DNA from: Myxococcales bacterium
Lineage (GTDB): Bacteria; UBA10199; 2-02-FULL-44-16; JAAZCA01
Assembly: GCA_012513515.1 (NCBI GenBank)
Contig: JAAZCA010000036.1
Location: 9,045 to 73,044 of the forward strand
DNA length: 64,000 bases
Direction of reading: 5' to 3'
Shown here one piece after another: positions 10,402 through 20,814 of the stretch. The notes beneath the pieces are model-generated. The model was given only the letters and a program-made list of their open reading frames with translations. It was not told the DNA's origin and did not search any database. Both the position numbers and the translations under genes were made by a program. How positions within the stretch are numbered: the stretch's first letter is position 1; the number at the start of each line of letters is the position of its first letter.

Positions 10402-11292
10402 TTAAATGACGTCTGGAGGGTGTTTAGCGTGTTTTGTGCATTCTTCCGGATCGCTGTGGACCATGAGTCTAGAGTTGGGTATCTTAGCGCGTATTTCGGA
10501 TATTATAATTTCTGTCAGATCGTGTGCTTCACGAAATGAAAGTTCATTTTCAAGCTCCAGATGGAACTCTATGAATTTCTCTCCGCCGACCCATCTCGTA
10601 CGAAGATTGTGGTAACCTTTGGCCATCGGCCTGTGGGCGCGGATTGTCTCTCCGATCAAATCTAGAAATTCCCTGGGAAGCGTTCTGTCCATCAACTGGG
10701 ATATGGCGCTATGTCCTATTCTCGCTGCGGATATTATTATGTAGAGCGATATGAGTATCGATATTATCGGATCGGCATTTTTTACGTGCCACCATTTTTC
10801 AAGCCCCAGCGCAACTATGACTCCGGAGTTGGTCCATATATCCGATGTGAAATTGAGCGCCGATGCCTCGAATGCCGTGGAATTGAATATTCTCCCGGCT
10901 TTTTTCATGCTGGCTGAAAGAAAGATGCTGAATATAACCGAGGCCAGCATGATCCCCAGCGCCAAGCCTTCTTCTTTGAGTGAATAGCCGAGCGCGATTC
11001 TCCTCAAGGCCTGATAGACGAGAAAGCTGGCGGAGACCATTATGAGAACTGCTTGCACGAGCCCGGCTATCGCTTCAGCCTTCGCATGTCCGAATGGATG
11101 ATTTTCATCGGCCGGCTTTTCAGATGCCGATACCGCAAAAGCGGTTATCGACGATGAGAATACGTCCATCAGCGAGTCGAGTGCGCTGGCAAGGACGCTG
11201 ATGGACATGGTGGCGAAGCCTATTGCCCCCTTCACGATTGCGAGAAACAAAGGGATGACTATGGCGACAAGAGCTGTTCTTTTTTTCTGCAT
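10402..11292 (-). CDS. cation diffusion facilitator (CDF) family metal efflux transporter
   Basis: Six predicted TM helices followed by cytoplasmic C-terminal domain; CDF-like 'HxxxD' motif region; 296 aa. Confidence 0.75.
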   Translation of the reverse strand: MQKKRTALVAIVIPLFLAIVKGAIGFATMSISVLASALDSLMDVFSSSITAFAVSASEKPADENHPFGHAKAEAIAGLVQAVLIMVSASFLVYQALRRIALGYSLKEEGLALGIMLASVIFSIFLSASMKKAGRIFNSTAFEASALNFTSDIWTNSGVIVALGLEKWWHVKNADPIISILISLYIIISAARIGHSAISQLMDRTLPREFLDLIGETIRAHRPMAKGYHNLRTRWVGGEKFIEFHLELENELSFREAHDLTEIIISEIRAKIPNSRLMVHSDPEECTKHAKHPPDVI

Positions 11293-11313
11293 CGTCTAAG
11301 CCCATCCCCTCTT

Positions 11314-11955
11314 TCAGCGCAGCGAAGCTATTGATTTTGCATAGTCGTTGGATTCGAAGATGGCCGACCCCGCTACTATTATGTCCGCGCCAGCGCTAAG
11401 AACCCTGTTAACCGTGTTGGAATTTACTCCGCCGTCAACTTCGACTGGTATTGATGCCCCCATCTCTTTCAGCCGTTTTTTGATGATGGAGATTTTTTCC
11501 ACCGAATCGTATATCATTTTCTGCCCGCCAAAGCCCGGGTTTACGGTCATTATAAGCACGAAGTCGGCGAGTTCGAGATATGGAAAAATCTTTTCGACAG
11601 GAGTAGGAGGGTTGATTACGATACCCGCCTTGCATTCCAGTTTTCTTATGTCCGGGAGAAGGTTTCGCAAATCTGAAGTTTCGACGTGAACCGATATCCA
11701 GTCAGCCCCTGCCTTTGCAAAGGCCGCTATGTATTTTTCGGGTTCTTCTATCATAAGATGGCAATCCAACGGAAGCCTTGTCGTCTTGCGTATTCCCTTC
11801 ACCACCAGAGGGCCTATCGTTATATTTGGGACGAAGTGACCATCCATGACGTCAATATGTATGACATCAGCCCCGGCGCGTTCGACCGCTGAAATTTCTT
11901 CGCCTAGCTTTGCAAAATCGGCTGAAAGTATAGAGGGTGCAATCATGGTTTTCAT
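11314..11955 (-). CDS. rpe: ribulose-phosphate 3-epimerase
   Basis: 'MIAPSILSADFAKLGEE' canonical Rpe N-terminus; start trimmed to internal ATG (MKTM...) giving ATGA overlap with fmt stop. Confidence 0.85.
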   Translation of the reverse strand: MKTMIAPSILSADFAKLGEEISAVERAGADVIHIDVMDGHFVPNITIGPLVVKGIRKTTRLPLDCHLMIEEPEKYIAAFAKAGADWISVHVETSDLRNLLPDIRKLECKAGIVINPPTPVEKIFPYLELADFVLIMTVNPGFGGQKMIYDSVEKISIIKKRLKEMGASIPVEVDGGVNSNTVNRVLSAGADIIVAGSAIFESNDYAKSIASLR

Positions 11956-12878
11956 TTTAAGATAGTTCCTTTCTTGACTTTGTAGCCGCGTAAAAAATCC
12001 TGAGCCGGCATCTTCTTTTTTCCCTCGAGCTGTACCTCGATGAGATATAAAACTCCGCTTCCGCATTTGACTGCGAGAGCTCCGTCCGTTTCGATTATCT
12101 CTCCGGGCGCTGCGTCGAAATCCAGATCCGTAAGGGCGGCTTCATGAATGCGAAGTGATTTGCCTCCCAGATGTGTAAATGCCCCCGGCCAGGGCTTGAA
12201 CCCCCTTACCCTGTTGTATATATCTTTGGCGCGCATCGACCAGTCTATCAGTCCGTCTTCCTTTCTGATCATTGGCGCATATGTTGCCTTGGTATGGTCT
12301 TGATTGCGCGGTCTTATCCTGCCGGACTCTATCTGGGATATCGTTTCAACGAGGAGGTTAGATCCCATCTGCGCCAGCCTGTCGTGAAGCATCGGTGCGT
12401 CTTCGACGTCGTCGATGTCGGTTTTGCAGGACAACAGTATTTCACCGGCATCCATCTCTTCGTTGATCCTCATTGTTGTGACGCCAGTCTCAGTTTCACC
12501 GTTGATTATAGCCCAGTTTATCGGGGCAGCTCCCCTGTATTTGGGCAGCAATGAAGAGTGCACATTAACGCATCCGAATTTGGGTATCTCGATGAGCTCG
12601 ATCGGCAGAATTTTGCCGTACGCAACTATCGCGATAAGATCCGGCGCTCTTTCTTTAAAGTGTGAAATAACCTCGGGCTTCTTTACGCTCTTTGGCTGAT
12701 AGAGTTGAAGATTCATCTTCCGCGCCTTCGCTGCTATCGGACATGGGGTTATCTCTCGCCCACGGCCTGCTGGTTTATCAGGCTGGGTGACAACCTCTGC
12801 GATCTCATGTTCGGCCTCGGCGAGCGCCATAAGTGAAGGAACCGCGAATGCCGCAGAGCCCATGAAGATGATTTTCAT
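11952..12878 (-). CDS. fmt: methionyl-tRNA formyltransferase
   Basis: 'MKIIFMGSAAFAVPSL' plus formyltransferase core; directly downstream of def (classic def-fmt pair). Confidence 0.9.
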   Translation of the reverse strand: MKIIFMGSAAFAVPSLMALAEAEHEIAEVVTQPDKPAGRGREITPCPIAAKARKMNLQLYQPKSVKKPEVISHFKERAPDLIAIVAYGKILPIELIEIPKFGCVNVHSSLLPKYRGAAPINWAIINGETETGVTTMRINEEMDAGEILLSCKTDIDDVEDAPMLHDRLAQMGSNLLVETISQIESGRIRPRNQDHTKATYAPMIRKEDGLIDWSMRAKDIYNRVRGFKPWPGAFTHLGGKSLRIHEAALTDLDFDAAPGEIIETDGALAVKCGSGVLYLIEVQLEGKKKMPAQDFLRGYKVKKGTILK

Positions 12879-13397
12879 CTAGAATGAAATCCCTTCCTTT
12901 TTCTTCTTTTCGATTTTTTTCAGGTACATATCCTGTTTGAGTCCGCTGGCGCAATCGATGATGAGCTTGCCGTCTAAATGGTCTATCTCATGCTGTACTG
13001 CGATGGAGAGAAGCTCTTTGCAATCGAGTGTCTTTCTTATGCCGTTTTCATCGAGATATCGAAGGGTAACCCGGGCGCTTCTCTTCATCTTTATCCTGAA
13101 ATCGGGGACGGAGAGGCATCCCTCTTCCCATTCGATCTGACCCTCTCTGTCGGTTATTTCCGGATTTACAATTTTCAGAACGCCGTATTTTTTTTCGGAC
13201 GCCTCCGAATCTATGTCTATCACGATAACCCTGAGGCTTACCGCTACCTGAGGGGCGGCCAGACCGACTCCCCCATCGGCGTACATGGTCTCGACCATGT
13301 CAGCTAGGAGGGTACGGATTTCATCATCAACCTCTAAAACCGGTTTGGCAACCTTGCGCAGGATTGGATTAGGGTGTGTTATGATTTTTCGTATCAT
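12879..13397 (-). CDS. def: peptide deformylase
   Basis: 'GVGLAAPQV', 'EGCLS' and 'HEIDHLDG' three Def motifs; start trimmed to MIRKIITHP. Confidence 0.9.
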   Translation of the reverse strand: MIRKIITHPNPILRKVAKPVLEVDDEIRTLLADMVETMYADGGVGLAAPQVAVSLRVIVIDIDSEASEKKYGVLKIVNPEITDREGQIEWEEGCLSVPDFRIKMKRSARVTLRYLDENGIRKTLDCKELLSIAVQHEIDHLDGKLIIDCASGLKQDMYLKKIEKKKKEGISF

Positions 13398-13892
13398 GGC
13401 GATAGCTATACATAAATCGCCCACTGCGGGCAAGTGTTAGAGCCGGCCCGGCTGGTTTCCCATTCCTCGTAATGATCTTCTTTTGATATAAAAAATACTC
13501 CGCGATCCATTGTGTACTGTATAAATATTATGGACAGGGCTACCGCTGCGGTTGAGTTTACCTTTATGAATTTCTTGCAGCAAAATCCGATGCTGCAGGT
13601 CTTTAGCATCAGGTGAGTTGAAGGAAACAGCGCGATGACTTCGGGAGAGAGCGTCTAGCGCGTCTTCATCATGAACATAATCCCCCATTTTGATTGGTGG
13701 GCTTTTATGGCTGTAGGTCGAAATCTGATCGATCTGTTTGAACACCGGATAACAAAGAGCCCTTCAACACTATTGCTGAAGGGCCCAAAAAGGGGGGGCA
13801 GTCAAATTTTTAACCTCTACATCTTTCAGCCCATGCAAACGCTGCTTCCACAGTAATTATCGGTTGCGCGGATGCCCAAGTTGCTTTGGGTG

Positions 13893-13928
13893 AAAAAAAA
13901 GTGCGCAGTCGCGTATATTTTTGCGCCT
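13893..13928 (-). terminator. weak hairpin plus U-run about 28 nt downstream of priA stop
   Basis: minus-strand GGCGCA...TGCGC stem with 14-nt loop followed by 8 U. Confidence 0.3.
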
Positions 13929-13955
13929 GACAAAAAGATCAATAATATTAGATAG

Positions 13956-16019
13956 TTATAAAAGATTGAGGGGGTCTACATCTATGCCGAACCGGACGTT
14001 TCCGGGCAGTGAGCTCTCAATTTTCGGTCGCGCGTTTTTCAGCAATGAGGAAAGGGCTGATGCAGATGGCGCTTTTAAGAGCATCTGCCAGCGATATCGT
14101 CCCCGCAGCTTTTCTATGATGGCGGGGGCGGGCCCGAGCAGTTTGATTCCGCTTTCAGAACGGCTTTCCAGAAGCATCTTCTTTATTATCTCCGCGGCAG
14201 TCTCGGCGGCCATCCGGGCCTTCTTTTTTTCGGTGGAAGATATTCTTATGTTCGCCAGACGCGTGAAAGGGGGATAGCCGCTCTCAATTCTCTGGGCGAT
14301 CTCGGCTTCGGCGAATGATGCGCAGTCGTGATTCTTTGCGGAAACCAGGCTCAGGTGCGATGGCTGTCTTGTTTGGATTATTACCCTGCCGGGGCGATTT
14401 CTTCTTCCCGCGCGGCCGGCGACCTGCGTGAGAAGCTGGAATGTTCTCTCGGCGGACCGAAAATCTGGTATAGACAAGGAAAGGTCGGCAGAGATTACGC
14501 CCACGAGAGTCACATCGGGGAAATCGTGCCCCTTCGTGATCATCTGTGTTCCTATGAGTACGTCGATTTTTCCGCTACGCATGTCATTCAAGATTTTTCT
14601 TCGCGTCGATGAGCGCATCACCGTGTCGCTGTCCAGCCTGGCTACTTTTGCTGAAGGGAAAAAATCCGTTATCTCCGCCTCTATGCGCTCCGTTCCGAAG
14701 CCTATAGGTGATATCTGGTCGGACCCGCATACGGAGCAGGTGTTTGGGGCGTCTATGCTATAGCCGCAGTAATGGCAATTTAATTTTTCCTTTTTTCCTG
14801 AATTTCCGTGAAGCGCCAGTGATATGTCGCAGTTAGGGCATTTGATCACTTCGCCGCAGCCTGCGCACTGTATGAGGCTTGCGAAACCCCGTCTTCCGAC
14901 AAAGAGCATTGTCTGCTCTCCGGAGTTCAATGTCTTTTCTATTGCGTCATAGAGCTCTGGGGAGAGGGCGCAGAGTTCGCGCTTCTTGCGATTCCCTTCA
15001 CTTTTGTTGCGATCTTCTCTTTTCTGTTTAGCTCTCATGTCGACGATGGTGATCTCTGGGAGTCTGGAGAAGTTTGCACGGCTATTCATCTCGAGTTTGG
15101 AATACTTTCCCGCCTTTACATTATAGAGGCTTTCCAAGGATGGCGTGGCGCTTCCCAGTATCGCCACAGCCCCTTCCAGCTTTGCGCGCATAACTGCTGC
15201 GTCGCGCGCGTTGTATTGAAAGCCGTCGTCCTGTTTGAATGATGGGTCGTGCTCCTCGTCGACGACTATCACTCCGAGTCTTTCAAGGGGAGCGAAGAGC
15301 GCTGAACGAGTTCCGATGACGACCTTGGCTTTTCCGTCTCTTATGCGCAGCCACTGCTCGTGCCTTTGTGCGTCGGTGAGCCCGGAATGGTACACGGCAA
15401 CATCATCCTTGAATTTTGCGACGGCTCTGGAAGTCAACTGCGGAGTCAACCCTATTTCCGGGACCAGCAGGAGAGCGGTCCTCCCTTTAGAGACCATCTC
15501 TCCAAAGATTTCCAAATAGACCTCTGTCTTGCCGCTTCCTGTTATTCCGTGAAGGAGGAATACCCTAGATTCCCCATCAGAAGATGATCTTATTATCTCG
15601 GCAGAGGCGGCCGCCTGCTCACGATTTAGCGTGGAGATGCCGCCCTCGGGCCTTATCTCATGTGGGGAGGAGGCGCGTGTCGTCTTCGGCGAATTGCTTT
15701 TGAGCATCCTGGATGGAAGTGCGCATCTCACTACTTCCCCTATCGGAGCGCAGTAGTATGAAGACATCCATTCTGCGAGTTTGAGCATAGCCGTCGAAAA
15801 TGACGGTTTCTGATCCAGTACGGATGATATTTTTTTGATCTTGGCAGGGGGAATGCCGGGGGTTGGGTCGTCCGATGTAGCAAAGCAAAGCCCTATCCTT
15901 TTTTTTCCTCTGAATTCGACCTCGACTCTCATTCCAGGGGAGATATTTTGAGCGTCGTCGAAGGAGTAGGTGAATAGCTTGAAGACCGGCGATTGTATGG
16001 CTATGTCCGCGTATTTCAT
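13956..16019 (-). CDS. priA: primosomal protein N' (replication restart helicase PriA)
   Basis: Walker A 'GITGSGKT', DEAH-like 'DEEHD', cysteine-rich Zn-binding region 'CAGCG...CPNC...CHYCG'; 687 aa. Confidence 0.9.
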   Translation of the reverse strand: MKYADIAIQSPVFKLFTYSFDDAQNISPGMRVEVEFRGKKRIGLCFATSDDPTPGIPPAKIKKISSVLDQKPSFSTAMLKLAEWMSSYYCAPIGEVVRCALPSRMLKSNSPKTTRASSPHEIRPEGGISTLNREQAAASAEIIRSSSDGESRVFLLHGITGSGKTEVYLEIFGEMVSKGRTALLLVPEIGLTPQLTSRAVAKFKDDVAVYHSGLTDAQRHEQWLRIRDGKAKVVIGTRSALFAPLERLGVIVVDEEHDPSFKQDDGFQYNARDAAVMRAKLEGAVAILGSATPSLESLYNVKAGKYSKLEMNSRANFSRLPEITIVDMRAKQKREDRNKSEGNRKKRELCALSPELYDAIEKTLNSGEQTMLFVGRRGFASLIQCAGCGEVIKCPNCDISLALHGNSGKKEKLNCHYCGYSIDAPNTCSVCGSDQISPIGFGTERIEAEITDFFPSAKVARLDSDTVMRSSTRRKILNDMRSGKIDVLIGTQMITKGHDFPDVTLVGVISADLSLSIPDFRSAERTFQLLTQVAGRAGRRNRPGRVIIQTRQPSHLSLVSAKNHDCASFAEAEIAQRIESGYPPFTRLANIRISSTEKKKARMAAETAAEIIKKMLLESRSESGIKLLGPAPAIIEKLRGRYRWQMLLKAPSASALSSLLKNARPKIESSLPGNVRFGIDVDPLNLL

Positions 16020-16111
16020 CGCTATACCGGTCTATATCATCGCCGGATTGTTCGCAAGGGCTTGATATCGTCGTGCCTGGCGTGTAGGTTAATTGCACGA
16101 AAGGGGGTTTT

Positions 16112-16780
16112 ATGGGATCCAGGAAAAAGGTGGCTGTGATTTTAGCAGGTTGTGGCAGGCTCGATGGCACTGAAATAAGCGAGGCGGTGTGTACGCTGCT
16201 TTCGATAGACCTCCTGGGGGCTGAAGCCGTATGTGCTGCGCCTCGAGGTGAATTTGAAGTGATACACCCCATTTCAGATAATCCCATGGGCGAGAAGAGG
16301 GAAATGCTTTTGGAAAGCGCTAGGATATCTAGGGGAAAAATTTCTGACATTGAAGCTCTAAATCCGGAAAAGATCGATGCAGCTGTGATTCCAGGGGGAA
16401 GAGGGATCGGCATCAACCTCTGTAATCTGAATGTAAAAGGCGCCTCCTGCGATATGAATCCCGGGTTTCAGAAGTTTTTGACGGAGATGCACAAAATGGG
16501 CAAACCTCTTTGCGGAATATGCCTTGGCACGGTAATTCTTGCGAGATCGCTGCATTTGATGGGAATAACAGCCGGGATAACTACAGGCGGAAAGGGTTTT
16601 TTTGCCAAGATGGTGGAATCCATGGGTCATACCCATATAGAGTGCAGCCCAAGTTCATGCGTATCCGATGACAAGTCGAGGATCGTGACCACCCCTGCAT
16701 TCATGAACGCTTCTTCGTTGTCCGAGACGTGGCTCGGAATCCAGAAAGCTGTTTCAGCGCTGATGGAGTTTGCACGGTGA
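16112..16780 (+). CDS. elbB: DJ-1/PfpI-family protein, ElbB-like (glyoxalase/isoprenoid biosynthesis protein ElbB)
   Basis: 'KKVAVILAGCGRLDGTEISEAV' ElbB-type N-terminus; conserved Cys in 'GICLG'. Confidence 0.7.
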   Translation: MGSRKKVAVILAGCGRLDGTEISEAVCTLLSIDLLGAEAVCAAPRGEFEVIHPISDNPMGEKREMLLESARISRGKISDIEALNPEKIDAAVIPGGRGIGINLCNLNVKGASCDMNPGFQKFLTEMHKMGKPLCGICLGTVILARSLHLMGITAGITTGGKGFFAKMVESMGHTHIECSPSSCVSDDKSRIVTTPAFMNASSLSETWLGIQKAVSALMEFAR

Positions 16781-17202
16781 AAATCAAGATTATCAGCATT
16801 GGCAAGATCAAATCGAAGCCGGTTACCGAATTGGTCTCGGATTATTTTTCGAGGTTAAAACATTACCATAATGCAAGTTTGAATTCTTTCAGGGACGATT
16901 TCTATGCGCTCGGCGAGATATCATCATCGGATTATCTGGTAGTCATGGATGAGCATGGGAAAAAATTAAGCTCCGTCGGTCTCGCCGAATTTATCGAGTC
17001 GAGGGCGAATGCATCCACAAAAAACCTCTGCTTTTTCATAGGAGGTCCGGATGGAGTTTCCGATGAGGTGAAGTTCAGGGCAAATTTAATCCTCTCCCTT
17101 TCCGATATGACTTTTCCACATGAACTTGCGCAGGCTATGCTTCTCGAGCAGCTCTATCGTGCAAGTTCGATAAACCGGAATGAACCTTATCATAGAACTT
17201 GA
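16777..17202 (+). CDS. rlmH: 23S rRNA (pseudouridine1915-N3)-methyltransferase RlmH
   Basis: 'VKIKIISIGKIK' start (GTG, 4-bp overlap with elbB stop), SPOUT-type C-terminus 'HELAQAMLLEQLYRA'. Confidence 0.8.
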   Translation: MKIKIISIGKIKSKPVTELVSDYFSRLKHYHNASLNSFRDDFYALGEISSSDYLVVMDEHGKKLSSVGLAEFIESRANASTKNLCFFIGGPDGVSDEVKFRANLILSLSDMTFPHELAQAMLLEQLYRASSINRNEPYHRT

Positions 17203-18934
17203 GGCATCAGAGAATATGGATTCACTTCGCATATCGGAAATTTTTCACGAGATGGCGGTTTTCTCTGAATTGCTGGAGGAGAGCCCGTTCAAGTCGCGCG
17301 CATACGAAAAGGCCGCCAGGATAATAGAAAACCTTGGCGACGAGATATTGGAGATCGCTCAAAGGGGCGAGCTCACGAAAGTAGATGGAATAGGCGAAAA
17401 GATCGCTTCCAAAATAAAAGAAATTATAGAGACAGGAGAGCTGGAGAGCCGCAATAAGATGCTCTTGTCGATTCCCGATGGAGTCCTTGAGATGCTAAAG
17501 ATCCCCAGTTTGGGACCTAAACGGGTGAGGGGCCTTTGGAAGGATTACGGCATATCCTCGGTCGCATCTCTCAAGCTCGTCTGCGATCGACACGGCCTTG
17601 CAAAGATACCAGGATACGGGGCAAAAATGGAGCGCAATATCCTCGCAGGAATTGCGATGCTCAGGAAAAATGCGGGCAAGTGGCTTCTTTCAGAGGCGTG
17701 GGAGTTTGCATCCGATATAGCCAAGTCGATAGGTTCTTGGGATGAGGTCGAATCGGTAAAAGTGGCCGGAAGCCTGAGGAGGCGCAAGGAACTCGTGAAA
17801 GATGTCGATCTCGTCGTAGCAACGCAAAATCCTAAAGCGGTGATGAAAAAATTTGTTTCACTTCCTTTCGTCGAAAGAGTTATACAGCATGGCGATACTA
17901 AATCTGAGGTGATCCTCGATTCAGGAATTCAGTGTGATCTCAGGGCTGTTTCTCCTTCGGAGTATCCTTTTGCGCTTCATCACTTCACTGGTTCTAAGGA
18001 ACACAACTTAAAAATGAGATCCATTGCCAAAGATTCTGGCATGAAACTGAATGAGTACGGAATTTTCAAGGGCAGCTCAAAGAAGGCTCTTCCGTGCAAG
18101 GACGAGGCTGAGATATTTAAAACGCTGAGCCTTGATTATATACCTCCAGAACTGAGAGAAGACATGGGGGAAATAGAGGCCGCTTCCCACGGCGCGCTTC
18201 CAAAACTGATAGAGGAGGACGACCTGAAAGGGGTCCTGCATGTTCACAGCAACTATTCCGACGGCGTAAATTCTATATCCGAACTGAAATATGAAAGCGA
18301 AAGGCTAGGGTATGAATATCTACTGATCTGTGATCACAGCAAATCCCTTGCCATAGCCAATGGCATGGATGAAAAAGATGTTGTCAGGCAGCACCAGGAA
18401 ATAGACAGGCTCAATATGGGGAAGGGTGGATGCAGAGTTTTAAAAGGGATCGAGGCAGATATTCTCGGTGATGGCTCGGTTGATTTCGATGGAGATATGT
18501 TATCTGCGTTCGACATCGTCATCGCTTCGGTGCACAGCAAATTCAAGATGGATAAAACTGAAATGACGGATCGAATAATAAGGGCGATAGAAAATCCCGA
18601 CGTCGATATCATAGGGCATCCTAGCGGAAGACTTCTACTATCGAGGGAGCCGTATCAAATAGATACCAGGAAAATAATAGACGCAGCATCCGCTAACGGA
18701 AAGGCGATTGAAATAAATAGCCACCCGCAGAGGTTGGATCTCGACTGGAGATGGATTATGTATGCGCGAAAAAAGAAGGTTAAGCTTGCGATAGGTGTAG
18801 ATGCCCATGACACTTTCGGTCTTTCTCTCGCCAAGTACGGCATATGGATTGCCAGGAAGGGGTGGCTTGAGAAGGATGACGTCATCAACTCGATGGCCAT
18901 AAAGGACTTTTTGAAACGGTATTCAATAAAATAG
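17180..18934 (+). CDS. polX: DNA polymerase X family protein with C-terminal PHP phosphoesterase domain (PolX)
   Basis: N-terminal HhH/pol-beta-like region, nucleotidyltransferase 'GS...RR..VKDVDLVV' and PHP 'LHVHSNYSDG' motif; 584 aa. Confidence 0.85.
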   Translation: MNLIIELEASENMDSLRISEIFHEMAVFSELLEESPFKSRAYEKAARIIENLGDEILEIAQRGELTKVDGIGEKIASKIKEIIETGELESRNKMLLSIPDGVLEMLKIPSLGPKRVRGLWKDYGISSVASLKLVCDRHGLAKIPGYGAKMERNILAGIAMLRKNAGKWLLSEAWEFASDIAKSIGSWDEVESVKVAGSLRRRKELVKDVDLVVATQNPKAVMKKFVSLPFVERVIQHGDTKSEVILDSGIQCDLRAVSPSEYPFALHHFTGSKEHNLKMRSIAKDSGMKLNEYGIFKGSSKKALPCKDEAEIFKTLSLDYIPPELREDMGEIEAASHGALPKLIEEDDLKGVLHVHSNYSDGVNSISELKYESERLGYEYLLICDHSKSLAIANGMDEKDVVRQHQEIDRLNMGKGGCRVLKGIEADILGDGSVDFDGDMLSAFDIVIASVHSKFKMDKTEMTDRIIRAIENPDVDIIGHPSGRLLLSREPYQIDTRKIIDAASANGKAIEINSHPQRLDLDWRWIMYARKKKVKLAIGVDAHDTFGLSLAKYGIWIARKGWLEKDDVINSMAIKDFLKRYSIK

Positions 18935-19000
18935 ACGAGTCTTCTTGACAGGATATGCTGCCGGCTATAGCTTCACGCGATATTTTTTGAAGGAGGATCG

Positions 19001-19240
19001 ATGGCAAATCGTGACGGTAAATTTTTTGAAAATTCAAAGGGGTGTTACTACGTCGATTCACAATGTATAGGCTGCAATATGTGCGTTGAAACGGCGTCCG
19101 GAAATTTCATCATGCATGAAAGCGGCAGCTATGCTTATGTAAATAAACAGCCAACCAGCGCCGAGGAAGAAAAACTTTGTGCGGAGGCTGTGAGATCATG
19201 CCCGGTCGAAGCTATAGGAGATGATGGCGAAGGATATTGA
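19001..19240 (+). CDS. small 4Fe-4S ferredoxin
   Basis: 'CIGCNMCVETA' and 'CPVEAI' cluster motifs; 79 aa. Confidence 0.7.
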   Translation: MANRDGKFFENSKGCYYVDSQCIGCNMCVETASGNFIMHESGSYAYVNKQPTSAEEEKLCAEAVRSCPVEAIGDDGEGY

Positions 19241-19288
19241 AAGGGTGTCGGCTTGGCGGTATTTGAAATATCGTTCTTATTCTTATTC

Positions 19289-20110
19289 TTATTTTTTACG
19301 TTTCGTTCTTTTGTATTTGGGAAGATTTATCCCCTTCATAAAGAAGGGGCTTGGCTCTGCGATTTCAAGCGCCGGTTTTTTTGATGCCGGAATTGAAAGG
19401 GTCGTCTCATTTTTTGGCTCTATAGCGAATTTTCTGAGCATTTCCAGAAAAGACGGTTCGTTTTGAATTTTAAAAAAGTCATCGCTGACGAATATCCACT
19501 CTGATGTCTTTTCAGGATCGATCTCATATGCTCTCTGGAGATTTCTCACCGCTTCATCTACGTTTCCGAGTGCGGCGTTGTAAGCGGCCGCGTGTTCAGC
19601 CGCGGCGAAATCTCCAAACGTCGCCGCCTGCTCGACCTTTTCGAATATTTTCGATGCTTTTTTGAGATCCCCTGATGCTGCGAAAAGAGCTGCTTCGAGA
19701 AGTTTACACTGATCTTTTTGCATTCCCTTTGCTACCCTGCTGGCCTTGGTGTAATTTTTTTTTGCCTCGCTTAAAAATTTATCGCTGCTTACGCCCTCAG
19801 CGAGCAGAAAAAGATAGAGATTGTGATATGCAGTTGCTGCCCTGCGATAAGCGTTATATGCGTTGGACTTGGAAGGTTTTTCCGAAGCCTCCATGTACAG
19901 AACCTTGGATATTTCACCTTGAATGTATTTGACCTTCATTCCCTGGGGCGATTCTGCAAGTTTGACGGAGGCCCCCTGAAGATCGCCTGCAGCTATCAGT
20001 TCTATCGTTTCCTGCGAAATTGTGTGCTGGTTTTTTCCTTCAGCCGACGCATCGCCAACAGATATGCAGGCGATGATTATAAAGATGGGCAAAGATATCC
20101 TTTTGATCAT
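19289..20110 (-). CDS. hypothetical secreted/lipoprotein with TPR-like helical repeats and lysine-rich C-terminus
   Basis: Signal peptide 'IFIIIACISVGDASA'; alanine/tyrosine-rich helical repeats; no recognisable catalytic motif. Confidence 0.4.
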   Translation of the reverse strand: MIKRISLPIFIIIACISVGDASAEGKNQHTISQETIELIAAGDLQGASVKLAESPQGMKVKYIQGEISKVLYMEASEKPSKSNAYNAYRRAATAYHNLYLFLLAEGVSSDKFLSEAKKNYTKASRVAKGMQKDQCKLLEAALFAASGDLKKASKIFEKVEQAATFGDFAAAEHAAAYNAALGNVDEAVRNLQRAYEIDPEKTSEWIFVSDDFFKIQNEPSFLEMLRKFAIEPKNETTLSIPASKKPALEIAEPSPFFMKGINLPKYKRTKRKK

Positions 20111-20113
20111 TCG

Positions 20114-20782
20114 CTACTCCGATGAAATTGCGAAGGCCGAGTAATCGCAGCCGGATGGTTTGTGCACTGCGTTTCCGTCCGTCAATATGGCTATCCCGGA
20201 AGGTTTTTTGTTCGGAGGTGACCCAAAAAGTTTTTTGTAATCCTCTATGACATCCACCTTTTCGGTTTTCCACGAGTTTGTCTTTTTCAGACCGCTTTCC
20301 AAAACCTTTATTTTAAGTTTTCCATCTCTTCTCGTGACGGTTTTCCCGATAGGCAGCTCGGTGCTCCATACGTACTTTATGGCGTTTCCGGTGTATTGTC
20401 CGAATATGACGTAGACGCCGCAAGCACTGTCGTTTGTGGCGTCATTCGATTCATTGGCGCCATCCGGCAATTTTGTGGGACGCCAATTCCATGAAAGTTT
20501 CGGGTAAGTCTCAGTCTTCCAGTTGAAATTCAAAAATATTTGCTGCGATAGATCGGATGAGTCGTAAGCTCTAATATATCTGACCCCATCCTCTTCGGCG
20601 ATTTTATAGACCTGGGCCGCCTTGGATCTCTGAAGCGGCCAGGTTCTCCATCTCTTCGGGATGTTGCCTGGAGCGGTTCCGGAAAAATCATCCAGCAGTA
20701 TCGACCTCCCCTGCGAGTTAATCGTCCCTTCAATCGCAAAAATTGCCACGGCAACCAAAATAATGACTGTCAGTTTTTTCAT
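20114..20782 (-). CDS. hypothetical secreted protein (possibly DUF3047-like)
   Basis: Cleavable signal peptide; no motif confidently recognised. Confidence 0.35.
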   Translation of the reverse strand: MKKLTVIILVAVAIFAIEGTINSQGRSILLDDFSGTAPGNIPKRWRTWPLQRSKAAQVYKIAEEDGVRYIRAYDSSDLSQQIFLNFNWKTETYPKLSWNWRPTKLPDGANESNDATNDSACGVYVIFGQYTGNAIKYVWSTELPIGKTVTRRDGKLKIKVLESGLKKTNSWKTEKVDVIEDYKKLFGSPPNKKPSGIAILTDGNAVHKPSGCDYSAFAISSE

Positions 20783-20814
20783 GGTGCGGATATTCCGCTA
20801 TTGGGGCACGTCTG

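Noticed and set aside
11314-12066. ORF-track 250-aa version of rpe and 184-aa version of def (12879..13433), 316-aa galU, 563-aa prfC
   Set aside because: N-terminal extensions lack homology and overlap neighbouring genes; trimmed to internal starts matching canonical N-termini.
13437-13856. Small ORFs (102, 67, 61 aa) in def-priA intergenic region
   Set aside because: No recognisable motifs, overlapping each other in different frames; region more likely regulatory.
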